A DNA stretch of 53,725 nucleotides from a virus (lineage: Duplodnaviria; Caudoviricetes): positions 1 through 53,725 of IMG/VR virus record IMGVR_UViG_3300032224_000518; one strand, written 5' to 3'. The translations under genes were made by a program, and so were the position numbers. The notes beneath the pieces were generated by a model. It made no database searches, was not told the origin of the DNA, and saw only the letters and a program-made list of their open reading frames with translations. Of this stretch, positions 26,632 through 37,725 are shown piece after piece (position 1 is the stretch's first letter; every line of letters starts with the position of its first letter).

Positions 26632-27081
26632 ATGAATATAAACGAAGGTTTACAAGCAAAAGGCGAATTAACCATTATTCATCGTGCCGAAGATGGTACA
26701 GTGAAAAATGCACTTCATGTTCCAAACTTAGTTGTTACTACTGGTAAAACATACATTGCTGCACGTATGCAAGCAACTAGCATTCCTAACGTCATGTCTC
26801 ATATGGCTATTGGTATTGGTTCTGCCACTCCAGTCGCTGGTGATTCACAATTAGGAAGTGAATCTGGACGTGTTGCGTTAGCATCTCAATCTGCTTCTGG
26901 TGGTACTGTAACTTATACTGCTACTTTCCCAGCAGGTACTGGTACTGGTGCAATCCAAGAAGCTGGTATTTTTAACGGAGCAGGTACTGGTACTACTATG
27001 CTTTGCCGTACTACTTTCCCAACTGTCACTAAACAGTCTGGTGACTCTATTGCAATTACTTGGGTTGTTACAGTTAGCTAA
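26632..27081 (+). CDS. Virion structural protein (baseplate/fibre-collar-like)
   Basis: NLVVTTG, MAIGIG, IQEAGIF, ITWVVT pattern; AAGGAG RBS. Confidence 0.7.
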   Translation: MNINEGLQAKGELTIIHRAEDGTVKNALHVPNLVVTTGKTYIAARMQATSIPNVMSHMAIGIGSATPVAGDSQLGSESGRVALASQSASGGTVTYTATFPAGTGTGAIQEAGIFNGAGTGTTMLCRTTFPTVTKQSGDSIAITWVVTVS

Positions 27082-27095
27082 TTTTTAAGGTTTCC

Positions 27096-29672
27096 ATGGC
27101 AACGTCCTCTCTATTAAAATCTGGATTACATACAGCAATCGCAAAGGGATTGTATAATGAACTCCAGACAAGATCTACTCATTATTACTACTTTTTAGGT
27201 AAAACCCTTGCGTGGGATAATGAAGCAGATCCCCCATATCCAATTGAATCATTTAAATATGATCTATTAACACGTAATGAAATTATTACGATGAAAGAAA
27301 TTAAATCTACGGATGTGGCATTTATTGTAGAGAGATATAATTGGGTTACTGGAGTTGTTTGGGATCAATACGATGACTTTTATTGTGATCAATTAGATGG
27401 AATTGATTTAATTTCAGGTGGATATGGTTTTGCAGATGCACCAACTGTTACTATTAGTGGTGGTGGTGCAACTGTTGATGCAACTGCAGTTGCTACTATT
27501 GCCAATGGTGTTATTATAGACATTACGTTAACAAATCCTGGACGTGGTTATAATTCTACTCCAACTGTTACATTAACAGGTGGTGGTGGAGAAACTGCAG
27601 AAGCTGTGGCAGTATTTAATAAACCACCATCAGGTGCCACTAAACTTGAAGATTGTAAGTATTATGCAATGACAGACGAATACAACGTCTACAAATGTCT
27701 TAACAATAATAATAACGCTAAGTCAACATATAAACCTGTTGGTACCACTGTTGATCCAGTAACAATGCCAGATGGTTATATGTGGAAATATTTGTATAGT
27801 ATTCCAATCGCTCTGCGTAATAAATTTTTAACCGATACTTATATTCCTGTTGTTACTGCTCTACGTGGACAGTTTTATTCTAATGGAAATATTACATCAG
27901 TTAAAATTGACAGACGTGGACAAAATTATACAACAGCATCTATCTCTGTAGTTGGTGATGGTAATAGAGAATCTGATCCACTATTTGTAACTGCTACTAA
28001 TTTAACATCAGGTGGAAGTTTATATGGATCTGGTGCAAACGTAACATTCTCACCACCATTCTCTGCAAACGTATGGGCTGATGGTATTACTGTTTTACTT
28101 GGACAGAAATATATCTACAATGGTAATGTATATGAAGTTGCAAGTCCAGGAGTATTTGCTGCGCCTGCGCCTACTCATGGATCTGGTATTGTAGCTAATG
28201 GTACTACAGGACTTAAATATCTTGGTACTACTGCAACTGGAACATGTACTGTTATTGGTGGTGTAGTTACTGCAGTCAATTTACTCGGTGGTGTTCGTGA
28301 ATTAAATATTTCATCTTCTGGTTCTGGTTACACAACTGCTCCAGCAATTTCATTCACTGGTGGTGGAGGTTCAGGTGCCACTGCTGAAGCTGTAATGCAA
28401 GGAACTGGAGTTTCTTATATTAAAGTTACTAACGCTGGATCTGGATATACTTCTATTCCAACTGTTGTGATTGGTCGGCAATTTACTGCGTCAACAGCAT
28501 ATACACTAGGAACTCAGATTTTTTATTCTAATAGACTATATACTGTTACAACTGCAGGTACGACACATTCTTCCACTGTTCCAACTCATACAACAGGTGC
28601 AGTTGCTAATGGTACTGCTACATTAACTTATGCTGGACTTAATGCTAGTGCGTCAGCGTTGCTTAGATATGGTGCTGGTTATTCTTCACTACCAACTATG
28701 ACTATTACTCCAGTATCAACTGGCAGTGGCGCAGCTGGATATACTTCAGGTGTAAAATCTGAAGCAAAACTATTACCAATAATTGAAAATGGGCAAATTA
28801 CTAGTATACAAATTGATGATCCAGGAACTGGTTATTCATATGCTAACTTAACTGTTTCTGGAGATGGCACATTAGCATCACTATCTGCTGATTTATCACC
28901 AGGAGATGTTAATACCTTGCAAGCTAATACTGAATTGTTAACGATTGATGGACGTATTATGTCTTGTAAAGTTACTTCAGGTGGATTTGGATATGCGTCA
29001 GCTACTGTTACTATTGATGGTAATGGTACTGGTGCTACAGCCGATGCAGTTGTTGAAAATGGACACGTTACAAAAATAATTATGACTAACTATGGTCAAG
29101 GATATAGACAAGCTACTGTAACTATTACTGGTAACGGATATGGCGCAAAAGGTCGTGCTATTATTACCGATATCGGTGGTCACGGTAAAGATTCAATCCA
29201 AGGTTTACATGCAAAATCTTTAATGTTTTATACTAATATTTCTAAAGATAAAAACCAAGGATTTGAAGTTAATAACGACTTCCGTCAAGTGGGTATTATT
29301 AAAAATCCTAGGAAATATGGAACAACTTATACGTTAGATTCCAATTTAGCATCAGCGTGTTGGGTAGTAACTGGCGATATTAATCTTAATAATTTTACAA
29401 AAGATATGCTAATTCGCTTATCTTCAAATAATAAAAAATTTAGAATTGTCAATTTAACAGCTACTGCAGCACTAGTGCAATCACTTGATGATGGAGTGCC
29501 AACAGTAGGATCTGTAATGCAAAATGAAAATTCAAATAGTTTTAGCATCACTGGGGTAACTCCTCCAACAGCAGATAAATATTCTGGTGATTTATTGTAT
29601 ATTGATAATAAACAAGCGTTTACACCAACTGCTGACCAAACAGTAACACTTAGAACTGTTATAAAATTCTAA
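27096..29672 (+). CDS. gp8: Baseplate wedge gp8-like, enlarged by beta-rich and CBM-like insertions
   Basis: YNVYKCLNN, DGYMWKYLYSI, NDFRQVGIIKNP, SGDLLYIDN. Confidence 0.85.
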   Translation: MATSSLLKSGLHTAIAKGLYNELQTRSTHYYYFLGKTLAWDNEADPPYPIESFKYDLLTRNEIITMKEIKSTDVAFIVERYNWVTGVVWDQYDDFYCDQLDGIDLISGGYGFADAPTVTISGGGATVDATAVATIANGVIIDITLTNPGRGYNSTPTVTLTGGGGETAEAVAVFNKPPSGATKLEDCKYYAMTDEYNVYKCLNNNNNAKSTYKPVGTTVDPVTMPDGYMWKYLYSIPIALRNKFLTDTYIPVVTALRGQFYSNGNITSVKIDRRGQNYTTASISVVGDGNRESDPLFVTATNLTSGGSLYGSGANVTFSPPFSANVWADGITVLLGQKYIYNGNVYEVASPGVFAAPAPTHGSGIVANGTTGLKYLGTTATGTCTVIGGVVTAVNLLGGVRELNISSSGSGYTTAPAISFTGGGGSGATAEAVMQGTGVSYIKVTNAGSGYTSIPTVVIGRQFTASTAYTLGTQIFYSNRLYTVTTAGTTHSSTVPTHTTGAVANGTATLTYAGLNASASALLRYGAGYSSLPTMTITPVSTGSGAAGYTSGVKSEAKLLPIIENGQITSIQIDDPGTGYSYANLTVSGDGTLASLSADLSPGDVNTLQANTELLTIDGRIMSCKVTSGGFGYASATVTIDGNGTGATADAVVENGHVTKIIMTNYGQGYRQATVTITGNGYGAKGRAIITDIGGHGKDSIQGLHAKSLMFYTNISKDKNQGFEVNNDFRQVGIIKNPRKYGTTYTLDSNLASACWVVTGDINLNNFTKDMLIRLSSNNKKFRIVNLTATAALVQSLDDGVPTVGSVMQNENSNSFSITGVTPPTADKYSGDLLYIDNKQAFTPTADQTVTLRTVIKF

Positions 29673-29678
29673 TAAATA
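29672..29678 (+). promoter_or_regulatory. Late promoter motif ATAAATA
   Basis: At the gene boundary upstream of the DUF4815 gene. Confidence 0.55.
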
Positions 29679-29702
29679 GTCTAATAACTTAAAGAGCAAA
29701 GA

Positions 29703-32700
29703 ATGATCGATTTTAATACCGAACCGTATAATGATGATTACAACGAGGATCAGAAATTTCATAGAATTTTATTTCGTCCTAGTTTTGCTGTTCAAGCACG
29801 TGAGCTGACTCAACTCCAGTCAATTCTGCAAAAGCAGATTGAACGTAATGGAAATCATTTGTTTAAAAATGGTGCCATGGTTGTTCCTGGCCAAATCTCT
29901 CTTGATACTAAAGCAGCATACGTTAAATTAGCATCTACCTATGCTGGTGTTGTTACTGAAACTTTCGTTTCAAATTTAAATGGCGTAACTATCGTTGGTG
30001 CGAGTGGGTTAACTGCAGAAGTTATTAAAGTACAATCTCAAGAAACTTCTGATCCTACAACTTTATACGTTCGTTATAAAGATTCTGGAACTTCTAAAAC
30101 TGTCAAGTCTTTTAGTGCAAATGAAGTTATTACTGCTACAGTTAATGGTATCACTTATACTTTTATAACAGCCGATACAGATCCTTGTGGATATGGATCC
30201 ATAGTCACAATTCAGCGTGGTATCTATTATATTAATGGTTCATATGTTCTATGTGATAATCAACAGTTAATTCTTGAAAAATATAGTAATACTCCATCCT
30301 ATCGTGTTGGTTTAACTGTTGAAGAAACAGTTGTAACACCTGAAGACAATGAAACTCTTTTAGATAATGCTCAGAACTCATACAACTATGCTGCTCCAGG
30401 TGCGCATCGTTACATGATCGATTTAATTTTAGATAAACGTAGTCTTACTTCTACAGATGATCAAAATTTCGTTGAGTTGTTACGCACTGATGAAGGTGTT
30501 AATCTAAAACAAGTTACTAAAACTGAATATAGCGAATTAGAAAAAACTCTGGCTCGTCGTACTTATGACGAAGCTGGTGATTACACTGTCAAAGATTTTG
30601 CAATCGATATTCGTGAACATAGAACTAATGACAGAGGGCAGTGGACAACAAATACTTCATATTTAATTGGTGACGTTGTTACTAATGCTGGTAAAACATA
30701 TACTGCAAAAATTTCAGGTTCTTCTGTTTCTACTGCGCCAACTCATACTTCAGGAACTGCATATGATGGTCCAGGATCTACAGGTATTAACTGGACATAT
30801 ACAACAAACCCAGTATACAATCGTGGTATTTTTAAAAATGGATCTGAGTCTAAATTAGCGATCGGTCTTGAGCCAGGAAAAGCATATGTCCGTGGTTATG
30901 AGATTGAAAAGATTGCCACAGAATACGTAGCGATCGATAAAGCACGTGACTTGGTTCAAGCGGATAATGCTTTTGTTAATACTACTGTTGGTAACTATGT
31001 TTATGTTACTAATATTAATAATCTTCCACCTGTAGCTACCTTTGAAACTATTAGTCTTTATAACCAAGTTACTGGTTCTGCAGGACGTGGTGTTGCAACA
31101 GGAACTAAAATTGGTACTGCTCGAGTTCGTTTTATTGACTGGGATAGTGGAACTTTAGGTGCTACTACTGCAATCTATAAAGTTGGTTTATTTGATGTTA
31201 AAATGAATACTGGATATTTGTTTGATCGTCATGTAAAATCAATATACTATAGCAATGGTTCTACTGCACAAAACTTTACTGCAGATATTAATCCAATTAC
31301 AACTCAGTTAATTGGTTCTGTTACCGCAGCAGGAACTACTGTAACTGGTACAGGAACTTCTTTCCTTACAGATTTAATTGCTGGTGATTATATTCAAGTA
31401 GCTGGTGTGAATTACTTAGTATCATCAATTTCAGCACAAGGTACTTTAGTATTGGGCGCATCCCTTACTGCTACTGGTGCTCCTTATAGTTTAGTTAAAA
31501 CTAAATTACAAGAAACAAATGCAGACAGTTTAATTTTCCAATTACCATATTATGCAGTAGCATCATTAAGAAGCGTTAATGGTACTAATGATACAACATA
31601 TACTGCATATGAAAGATATACAGGAACTGCGTCTTCAGCTTCTGGATCATATTGCACCCTTACAGTATCAACTGCTTCAGGATCTATGGCTTCTGGTGCA
31701 ACCAATGGAAACTATATTTTATGTGATAATACTACAGGATCTATTATTGTCCCAACTAGTATTGCAACTTCAGGATCTTCTGTTACTTTCACATTATCAA
31801 ACACTTACGCTGCAAGACAGTTTGTTGTAATTGGAACAGTAAATAAGACTGGTACTACTAATACTGAAAAAACTAAAACACTAAACAGCGCAACTGTTAC
31901 ATTCACTACTCAAGCTACAGCTGGTGGTCCTTCTCTCTCATTGGGTAAATCTGATGGATGGAAAGTCACAAGCGTATTAATGCAGTCAGGAACTTTTGCT
32001 TCTCCAGGTGGCACTTATAATATTGATATCTCAGATCGTTATGATTTTGATAATGGTCAAAAAGGAACTTATTATGATATCGCTAAATTAGTTTTAAAAG
32101 ATACATATGTTCCACCATCAGCACCTGTTCAAGTAATATTTGAATATTTCACTCACTCAACTGGCGACTACTGTTCTGTTAAATCATATCCAGCTGATGT
32201 TGCATATAGTGACATCCCAGCTGTGCTTAGAGATTCTCTAGACTTCCGTCCACGTATCGATGACACTGGAACTGTATTCAGTGGATCAGGTGCTGCAACA
32301 TTAATTCCAAAACGTGGACAAGATGTAAGAACTGACTTTACATATTACCTTTCACGTAAAGAAAAAATTGCTTTAGATATTAATGGCAATTTCTTCAATA
32401 TCTCAGGAACATCATCTTTAACCCCAGGAGATCCTGCAGATCCTTCTATCGGTTTAGTTCTTTACAGTCTTTCTTTAGAACCATATACATTTGGAACTAC
32501 TGCAAAAAATATAGAAATTAAAAAGTTCGATAATAAACGCTATACAATGCGTGATATCGGTAAACTAGAGAAACGTATCGATAACTTAGAATACTATACT
32601 TCATTATCGCTATTAGAACAGCAAACAGAATCTTTAAAGATTACAGATTCAACTGGTCTTGATAGAATGAAAAATGGATTTATCGTTGACAGTTTTAATG

Positions 32701-35700
32701 GTCATGGCGTTGGTGCTACCAGTTCTGCAGATTATAAGTGCTCTATTGATATGAGTAAAGGCGAACTGCGTCCTTTCTATACAATGAGAAACGTAAATCT
32801 TATTGAGAAAAATTCAAATGATTCACAGCGTTCTGCAGCGCATTATGCTCAATATGGTGATGTAATCACATTACCTATTCAATCGCACATACCTCTAGTT
32901 AAACAAGAGTTTGGTTCACGTTTAGAAAACATTAACCCATTTGCAATTTTTACATTTATTGGCGATGTTAAAATTAATCCATCCTCTGATGATTGGTTTG
33001 AAGTTGATCGTCGTCCAGATATTGTAACAAACGTAGAAGGTAATTTTGTAACTGTTGCTTCTCTTGCTGAAAAAGCTGGTGTGCTTGGTACTGTTTGGAA
33101 CGCATGGCAAACTCAGTGGACTGGTGAACCAGTTAATCAAGGTATAAAACAATTCGTTGGTGATAGACGTGGTATTGGCACTGTTGGTTGGCGAGATGGA
33201 TTAGCAGCAAATATGAACGATGGTCAGCTTGATCAAATGTTTGGTTTTGTGCAAGGTGCTGGCTGGGCGCATCGTGTGGTTACTGCTGAAGTAACTGCTA
33301 CACAAATTGGTCAGTCAAGAAGTGGTGTTAAAACTAACTTAGTGCAAAAGGTTGATAGACAAGTTGTTGCTGATAGAACTATCTCTTCAGCTGTTATACC
33401 ATATATTCGTTCTAGAAATGTTCTAGTTCAAGTTCGTGGTCTAAAACCTGTTACAAGATTTTATCCATTCTTTGACAATATTGATATCTCTGCATATTGC
33501 ACTCCTGCTTCTTTCATCACTTATACTTCAAGTGGAACATTTAACGTAGAGTCAAATGTTGGTGGTTTATCTTCAGAAACTGCAAGAAGAATTTCTGGTG
33601 ACTCACAAGTTTGTTTAAACAAAGGTGACGTAATCACTGGCGCAACGTCAGGTGCAACTGCAGTTGTAGTTGGTAGTCATCTAGATCCTGATACAAATGC
33701 TAAAGTTCTTCATGTTATGAACATTATTGGAACTTTCCAGACTAATGAAACTATTACAGGTTCTATTTCATCAACAGTTGGTGTGGTTCAGGCTGTTACT
33801 GCCAATGCTATAGGATCTACTTTAACTACAAATAAAAACGGAGATATTAATCTTCTGTTTAATATTCCAAATACAGATTCAGTTCGTTTCCGCACAGGAT
33901 CTCGTGAGTTTAAGTTAGTTGACGTTTCTACTGCAACTGGAGACTTTACTTCTCGTGGTCGTGCTACTTACAACGCAACTGGTATTTTAGAAACTAAACA
34001 ATCTTTAGTTAATGCTGTACGTAACGCTGAAATTGTTCAAGAAACTGTTCAAGATTCTCAGACCATTGTTGAAACTTCACAGCGTGTTATTGGCGATACT
34101 GGTTGGTATGATCCGCTGGCTCAAACATTCTTGGTTGATAACAAAGGTGGAGCATTCTTAACTAAAGTTGATATTTTCTTTGCAACTAAAGATACACGTA
34201 TTCCTGTAACTTTAGAGATCCGTGAAGTGGTTAATGGTTATCCAGGAAAACGAGTATTACCTTTCTCTCGTACAACTATAAATCCTGAGCAGGTAACCCT
34301 ATCTTCAAATTTAGTTTCTTTAGATGGTGTAGATATTCCATCATATGATACTCCAACCACATTTACTTTTAAATCTCCTGTATATGTTCAGGATGGTGGC
34401 GAATATTGTATTGTTTTGATTTCAGACTCAAACAAATATAAAGTATGGATTTCACAGTTGGGCGACCAGATCCCAGGATCTTCTCGTACAATTTCTGAAC
34501 AACCTTACAATGGCGTATTGTTTAAATCGCAAAACGCATCTACTTGGACAGCAGATCAGTCTCAAGATTTGAAGTTTACAATATATCGTGCTGATTTTGA
34601 TACATCAACTGTTGGTACTGTTCAGTTTGTTAATGATGTTCTACCATATCAAACATTAGACAAAGATCCATTCCAAGTTACAACTGGTTCTAATTTAGTT
34701 CGTGTATGGCAAAAAGATCATGGATTGACTGTAGGAGCGAGAGTAATTATTACTGGAGCAACAGGAACTCTTAATGGTATTCCTTCAGCTGAACTTAATG
34801 GAACCAAAACTGTAGCTAATATTGACTTAGATTCATATACTATTAACACAACTACAGTTTCAACAGGAACTGGTTATTGTGGTGGTAGCGCAATTAGAGC
34901 TACTTCTCAAGTTCAGTATGATACAATTAATCCAATTTGTCAAGTTCAGAATTTCTCTGAGACAGCGATTGAATATGCAATTAAAACTACATCTGGCCAA
35001 TCAGTTGATGGAAGTCAAACTCCTTACATTACTGATATTGGTTTTGGTGATTGTTTAGCAAATTCAAATAATCCGTTCTTTAGCCCAAGAGTTGTAGCTT
35101 CAGAAGTTAATGAAAACACATTAATGTCTGGAACAAAATCCGTGACTTTTGCGGTTAATATGTCTTCTACAAATTCTTCACTTTCACCAGTGTTAGATAC
35201 TCATCGCATGAGTTTAGTTGCTGTTTCCAACAGACTTAACTATCCAACTCACGCAAACGTAGACGTAACCCCAACGGATTATGTAACTCTGTTTACTGGT
35301 GCAACTGGAGCGTTTAGTTTCTCTGGTTCTACAATCACTTCAACCAATGCTGCTGTAAGAACATTATTGGCAACTATTAACATTGGTCAGTATATTGTTG
35401 TTTCTGGTACTACTACTGCTGGAAATGCAGGACAGTATCTGGTCACCAATAACGTGGATGATGGAACTACAACTACTTTAACTTTAAACGGAATTACGTT
35501 TACCTCTGAAGCTGCAGTCAGCGGAACTACTGTCCAGCTGATTAATCTGTTTAGTGATGAAATCTCTCCAATGGGTTCATCGGCTGCTTCTAAGTATGTA
35601 ACAAACGTAGTTAAATTGGCTCTTCCATCAACCTTCGCTAAGATTCGTTTCTCAGCCAACATACCTTCGGGTGCTGATGTTTCTGTTTATTATAAGACTA

Positions 35701-35924
35701 CTTTGTCTGCCAGCGGAACTATGGATAAGACTAAATATACTTTAGCGAGTCCAATTACTCCAGCTGTAAAAGTGGAAAACGGAAACGAAGCATTCTATGA
35801 TGTTGATTACTCGTTGACCAATTTAAACCCATTTGATGCAATTCAGGTAAAACTGGTTATGAATTCTACAAACAGTTCTGCTGTTCCAAGAATCAAAGAT
35901 TTAAGAATTATTTGCTGCGCATAA
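29703..35924 (+). CDS. Large virion structural protein, DUF4815 (VrlC-like)
   Basis: PYNDDY...ILFRP...QARELTQLQ, RYTMRDIGKLEKRI..LEYYTSLSLLE, DPLAQTF, LFKSQNASTW. Confidence 0.88.
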   Translation: MIDFNTEPYNDDYNEDQKFHRILFRPSFAVQARELTQLQSILQKQIERNGNHLFKNGAMVVPGQISLDTKAAYVKLASTYAGVVTETFVSNLNGVTIVGASGLTAEVIKVQSQETSDPTTLYVRYKDSGTSKTVKSFSANEVITATVNGITYTFITADTDPCGYGSIVTIQRGIYYINGSYVLCDNQQLILEKYSNTPSYRVGLTVEETVVTPEDNETLLDNAQNSYNYAAPGAHRYMIDLILDKRSLTSTDDQNFVELLRTDEGVNLKQVTKTEYSELEKTLARRTYDEAGDYTVKDFAIDIREHRTNDRGQWTTNTSYLIGDVVTNAGKTYTAKISGSSVSTAPTHTSGTAYDGPGSTGINWTYTTNPVYNRGIFKNGSESKLAIGLEPGKAYVRGYEIEKIATEYVAIDKARDLVQADNAFVNTTVGNYVYVTNINNLPPVATFETISLYNQVTGSAGRGVATGTKIGTARVRFIDWDSGTLGATTAIYKVGLFDVKMNTGYLFDRHVKSIYYSNGSTAQNFTADINPITTQLIGSVTAAGTTVTGTGTSFLTDLIAGDYIQVAGVNYLVSSISAQGTLVLGASLTATGAPYSLVKTKLQETNADSLIFQLPYYAVASLRSVNGTNDTTYTAYERYTGTASSASGSYCTLTVSTASGSMASGATNGNYILCDNTTGSIIVPTSIATSGSSVTFTLSNTYAARQFVVIGTVNKTGTTNTEKTKTLNSATVTFTTQATAGGPSLSLGKSDGWKVTSVLMQSGTFASPGGTYNIDISDRYDFDNGQKGTYYDIAKLVLKDTYVPPSAPVQVIFEYFTHSTGDYCSVKSYPADVAYSDIPAVLRDSLDFRPRIDDTGTVFSGSGAATLIPKRGQDVRTDFTYYLSRKEKIALDINGNFFNISGTSSLTPGDPADPSIGLVLYSLSLEPYTFGTTAKNIEIKKFDNKRYTMRDIGKLEKRIDNLEYYTSLSLLEQQTESLKITDSTGLDRMKNGFIVDSFNGHGVGATSSADYKCSIDMSKGELRPFYTMRNVNLIEKNSNDSQRSAAHYAQYGDVITLPIQSHIPLVKQEFGSRLENINPFAIFTFIGDVKINPSSDDWFEVDRRPDIVTNVEGNFVTVASLAEKAGVLGTVWNAWQTQWTGEPVNQGIKQFVGDRRGIGTVGWRDGLAANMNDGQLDQMFGFVQGAGWAHRVVTAEVTATQIGQSRSGVKTNLVQKVDRQVVADRTISSAVIPYIRSRNVLVQVRGLKPVTRFYPFFDNIDISAYCTPASFITYTSSGTFNVESNVGGLSSETARRISGDSQVCLNKGDVITGATSGATAVVVGSHLDPDTNAKVLHVMNIIGTFQTNETITGSISSTVGVVQAVTANAIGSTLTTNKNGDINLLFNIPNTDSVRFRTGSREFKLVDVSTATGDFTSRGRATYNATGILETKQSLVNAVRNAEIVQETVQDSQTIVETSQRVIGDTGWYDPLAQTFLVDNKGGAFLTKVDIFFATKDTRIPVTLEIREVVNGYPGKRVLPFSRTTINPEQVTLSSNLVSLDGVDIPSYDTPTTFTFKSPVYVQDGGEYCIVLISDSNKYKVWISQLGDQIPGSSRTISEQPYNGVLFKSQNASTWTADQSQDLKFTIYRADFDTSTVGTVQFVNDVLPYQTLDKDPFQVTTGSNLVRVWQKDHGLTVGARVIITGATGTLNGIPSAELNGTKTVANIDLDSYTINTTTVSTGTGYCGGSAIRATSQVQYDTINPICQVQNFSETAIEYAIKTTSGQSVDGSQTPYITDIGFGDCLANSNNPFFSPRVVASEVNENTLMSGTKSVTFAVNMSSTNSSLSPVLDTHRMSLVAVSNRLNYPTHANVDVTPTDYVTLFTGATGAFSFSGSTITSTNAAVRTLLATINIGQYIVVSGTTTAGNAGQYLVTNNVDDGTTTTLTLNGITFTSEAAVSGTTVQLINLFSDEISPMGSSAASKYVTNVVKLALPSTFAKIRFSANIPSGADVSVYYKTTLSASGTMDKTKYTLASPITPAVKVENGNEAFYDVDYSLTNLNPFDAIQVKLVMNSTNSSAVPRIKDLRIICCA

Positions 35925-36148
35925 TGGATACATTAAAAGTTTTAGGTCACGATAGTCTGGTCAGAGATACCTCTTCTCAGGCTATCATAAATACAAATAC
36001 AGGCGAGTATTTTGAGTATCTTGCTCGCAAAGCTGCCAAAGAAGCTGAAACAAAACAGCTACAACAGCAGAGTGAAGAAATTAATAATTTAAAGTCGGAC
36101 ATATCTGAAATTAAACAGATGCTTCATCTGTTAATAAAAGATCGCTGA
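35924..36148 (+). CDS. Small coiled-coil protein commonly following DUF4815 genes
   Basis: LVRDTSSQAIINT...LKSDISEIKQML; TAATG coupling. Confidence 0.75.
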   Translation: MDTLKVLGHDSLVRDTSSQAIINTNTGEYFEYLARKAAKEAETKQLQQQSEEINNLKSDISEIKQMLHLLIKDR

Positions 36149-36164
36149 ATCATAAGGGAAAATA

Positions 36165-37355
36165 ATGGCGACGCTAGTTCTAAGACAATCAAAAGGCTCA
36201 CCTCTCACCAACGCTGAAGTTGATGCAAACTTTACCAACCTCAACGATGACGTTGCGACTAAGTTAGCCTCATCAGCATATACTGCTGCAGACGTCCTAA
36301 CCAAAATCAAAACTGTTGATGGCACTGGAACTGGGCTTGATACTGATTTGGTTCGTGGGTTGGCTTCATCTGCCACTTTACCAACTGGATCTGATAAAAG
36401 TTCTGTTGTAACTCGAGACGCAACTGGTAATACTGCTGCAAATGCGCTTACATTAACTGGAGCTTTGACAGGAACAACTGCTACCTTTTCTGGAGCAGTT
36501 AACGTAGCATCTATTAGTATTTCTGGCGGATCTATTCCAATCGGTGTAGGTGGTACTGGTGCAACTAATGCACCGAACGCAAGAGATAACTTGGGTGTTA
36601 TGATTAATCGTGACGTTCAAGCATGGAGTGCTAAATTAGATGCTTATGCAACTCCTGCAGGAACAACTCCTTATGGAGCCGATACAATCGCATATTGGAC
36701 TTCATCTAGCGAGGTCAGAGTAACATCGTTAACTTCACTTGGCAGAAGTTTAATTGCTAGTTCGACCCCTAATGGAATGCAAACTGTTCTTGGTTTACGT
36801 CTTGGTAATGATGTCCAGCCATTTAGTTCTGAATTATCTGCAGTTGGATCTTTATCTACTACAGGTATGGTTGCTAGAACTGCATCTAATACTTTTGTAC
36901 CTCGTACTATTACTGGGGTGACTGGCGATATTGACGTATCCAATGGTAACGGAGTTTCAGGAAATCCAGCTTTGTCAGTTGGTGCAAACATTCCTCGTCT
37001 TGCAAATAATAATACTTTTGCAGGTAGTTCGAATACTTTCTCGGGAACTGTCTACGCTGCAGGATTCCAAATTTCTTCTGACGCAAGACTAAAAGAGAAT
37101 GTAGAAACGCTAAATAGTGCTGTAGACACTGTTCAGCAATTGCGTGGTGTTTCTTACATTAAAAATGGTAAACCCGAGATCGGTTTGATCGCTCAAGAAG
37201 TTGAGCAAGTAATGCCATTTTTAGTCGGAGAAACCGAAGATGGATATAAATCTGTCGCCTATGCCAACATGGTTGGATTGTTAGTAGAAGCAATAAAAGA
37301 ACAAAATAAAACTATTAAAGAATTAACCACTCGTTTAGAGAAATTGGAGAAATAA
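36165..37355 (+). CDS. Tail fibre/spike with C-terminal peptidase S74 intramolecular chaperone
   Basis: KGSPLTNAEVDANFTNL N-terminus; SDARLKENV, IGLIAQEVE, SVAYANMVGLLVEAIKE. Confidence 0.9.
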   Translation: MATLVLRQSKGSPLTNAEVDANFTNLNDDVATKLASSAYTAADVLTKIKTVDGTGTGLDTDLVRGLASSATLPTGSDKSSVVTRDATGNTAANALTLTGALTGTTATFSGAVNVASISISGGSIPIGVGGTGATNAPNARDNLGVMINRDVQAWSAKLDAYATPAGTTPYGADTIAYWTSSSEVRVTSLTSLGRSLIASSTPNGMQTVLGLRLGNDVQPFSSELSAVGSLSTTGMVARTASNTFVPRTITGVTGDIDVSNGNGVSGNPALSVGANIPRLANNNTFAGSSNTFSGTVYAAGFQISSDARLKENVETLNSAVDTVQQLRGVSYIKNGKPEIGLIAQEVEQVMPFLVGETEDGYKSVAYANMVGLLVEAIKEQNKTIKELTTRLEKLEK

Positions 37356-37356
37356 T

Positions 37357-37725
37357 ATGCCAGTAGCTGCAACAGGATTTAGAAGATCAGATGGTACAGA
37401 CCTTAATGCCCTTTTTTGGACATGGCAAGGTGACTTGGGTCATAACGGTAATTTAGTAACCGACGGAAATGGTAACTGTAATTGGAACTGCGCATGTAAT
37501 GGAGCTAACTGCAACTGCGGTAACTGTGACGCAGCAGATATTTCAATTAACCTATATGTAACAGATTATCGTTTAAATATTTTCCGTAATACCGATCGTC
37601 GGGATGGTATTCGTCACGATACTCAAGAACAATCGATGGGTCAATTCCGTTTCTATCGTACTAATTGTAACTGTAATTGTAATTGCAACTGTAATTGTAA
37701 TTGCGACTGCGCTTGCAACTGTTAA
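37357..37725 (+). CDS. Cys/Asn-repeat protein; candidate radical-SAM modification target
   Basis: 122 aa with 16 Cys in two clusters: NCNWNCACNGANCNCGNC and C-terminal (NC)7-DC-AC-NC. Confidence 0.8.
   Translation: MPVAATGFRRSDGTDLNALFWTWQGDLGHNGNLVTDGNGNCNWNCACNGANCNCGNCDAADISINLYVTDYRLNIFRNTDRRDGIRHDTQEQSMGQFRFYRTNCNCNCNCNCNCNCDCACNC
37663..37722 (+). repeat. Hexamer coding repeat AAY-TGY encoding (Asn-Cys)n
   Basis: aat tgt aac tgt aat tgt aat tgc aac tgt aat tgt aat tgc gac tgc gct tgc aac tgt. Confidence 0.9.

Noticed and set aside
37663-37722. AAYTGY run as a microsatellite or contingency locus
   Set aside because: Third positions vary synonymously and the repeat stays in frame with D/A substitutions, consistent with protein-level selection rather than slippage
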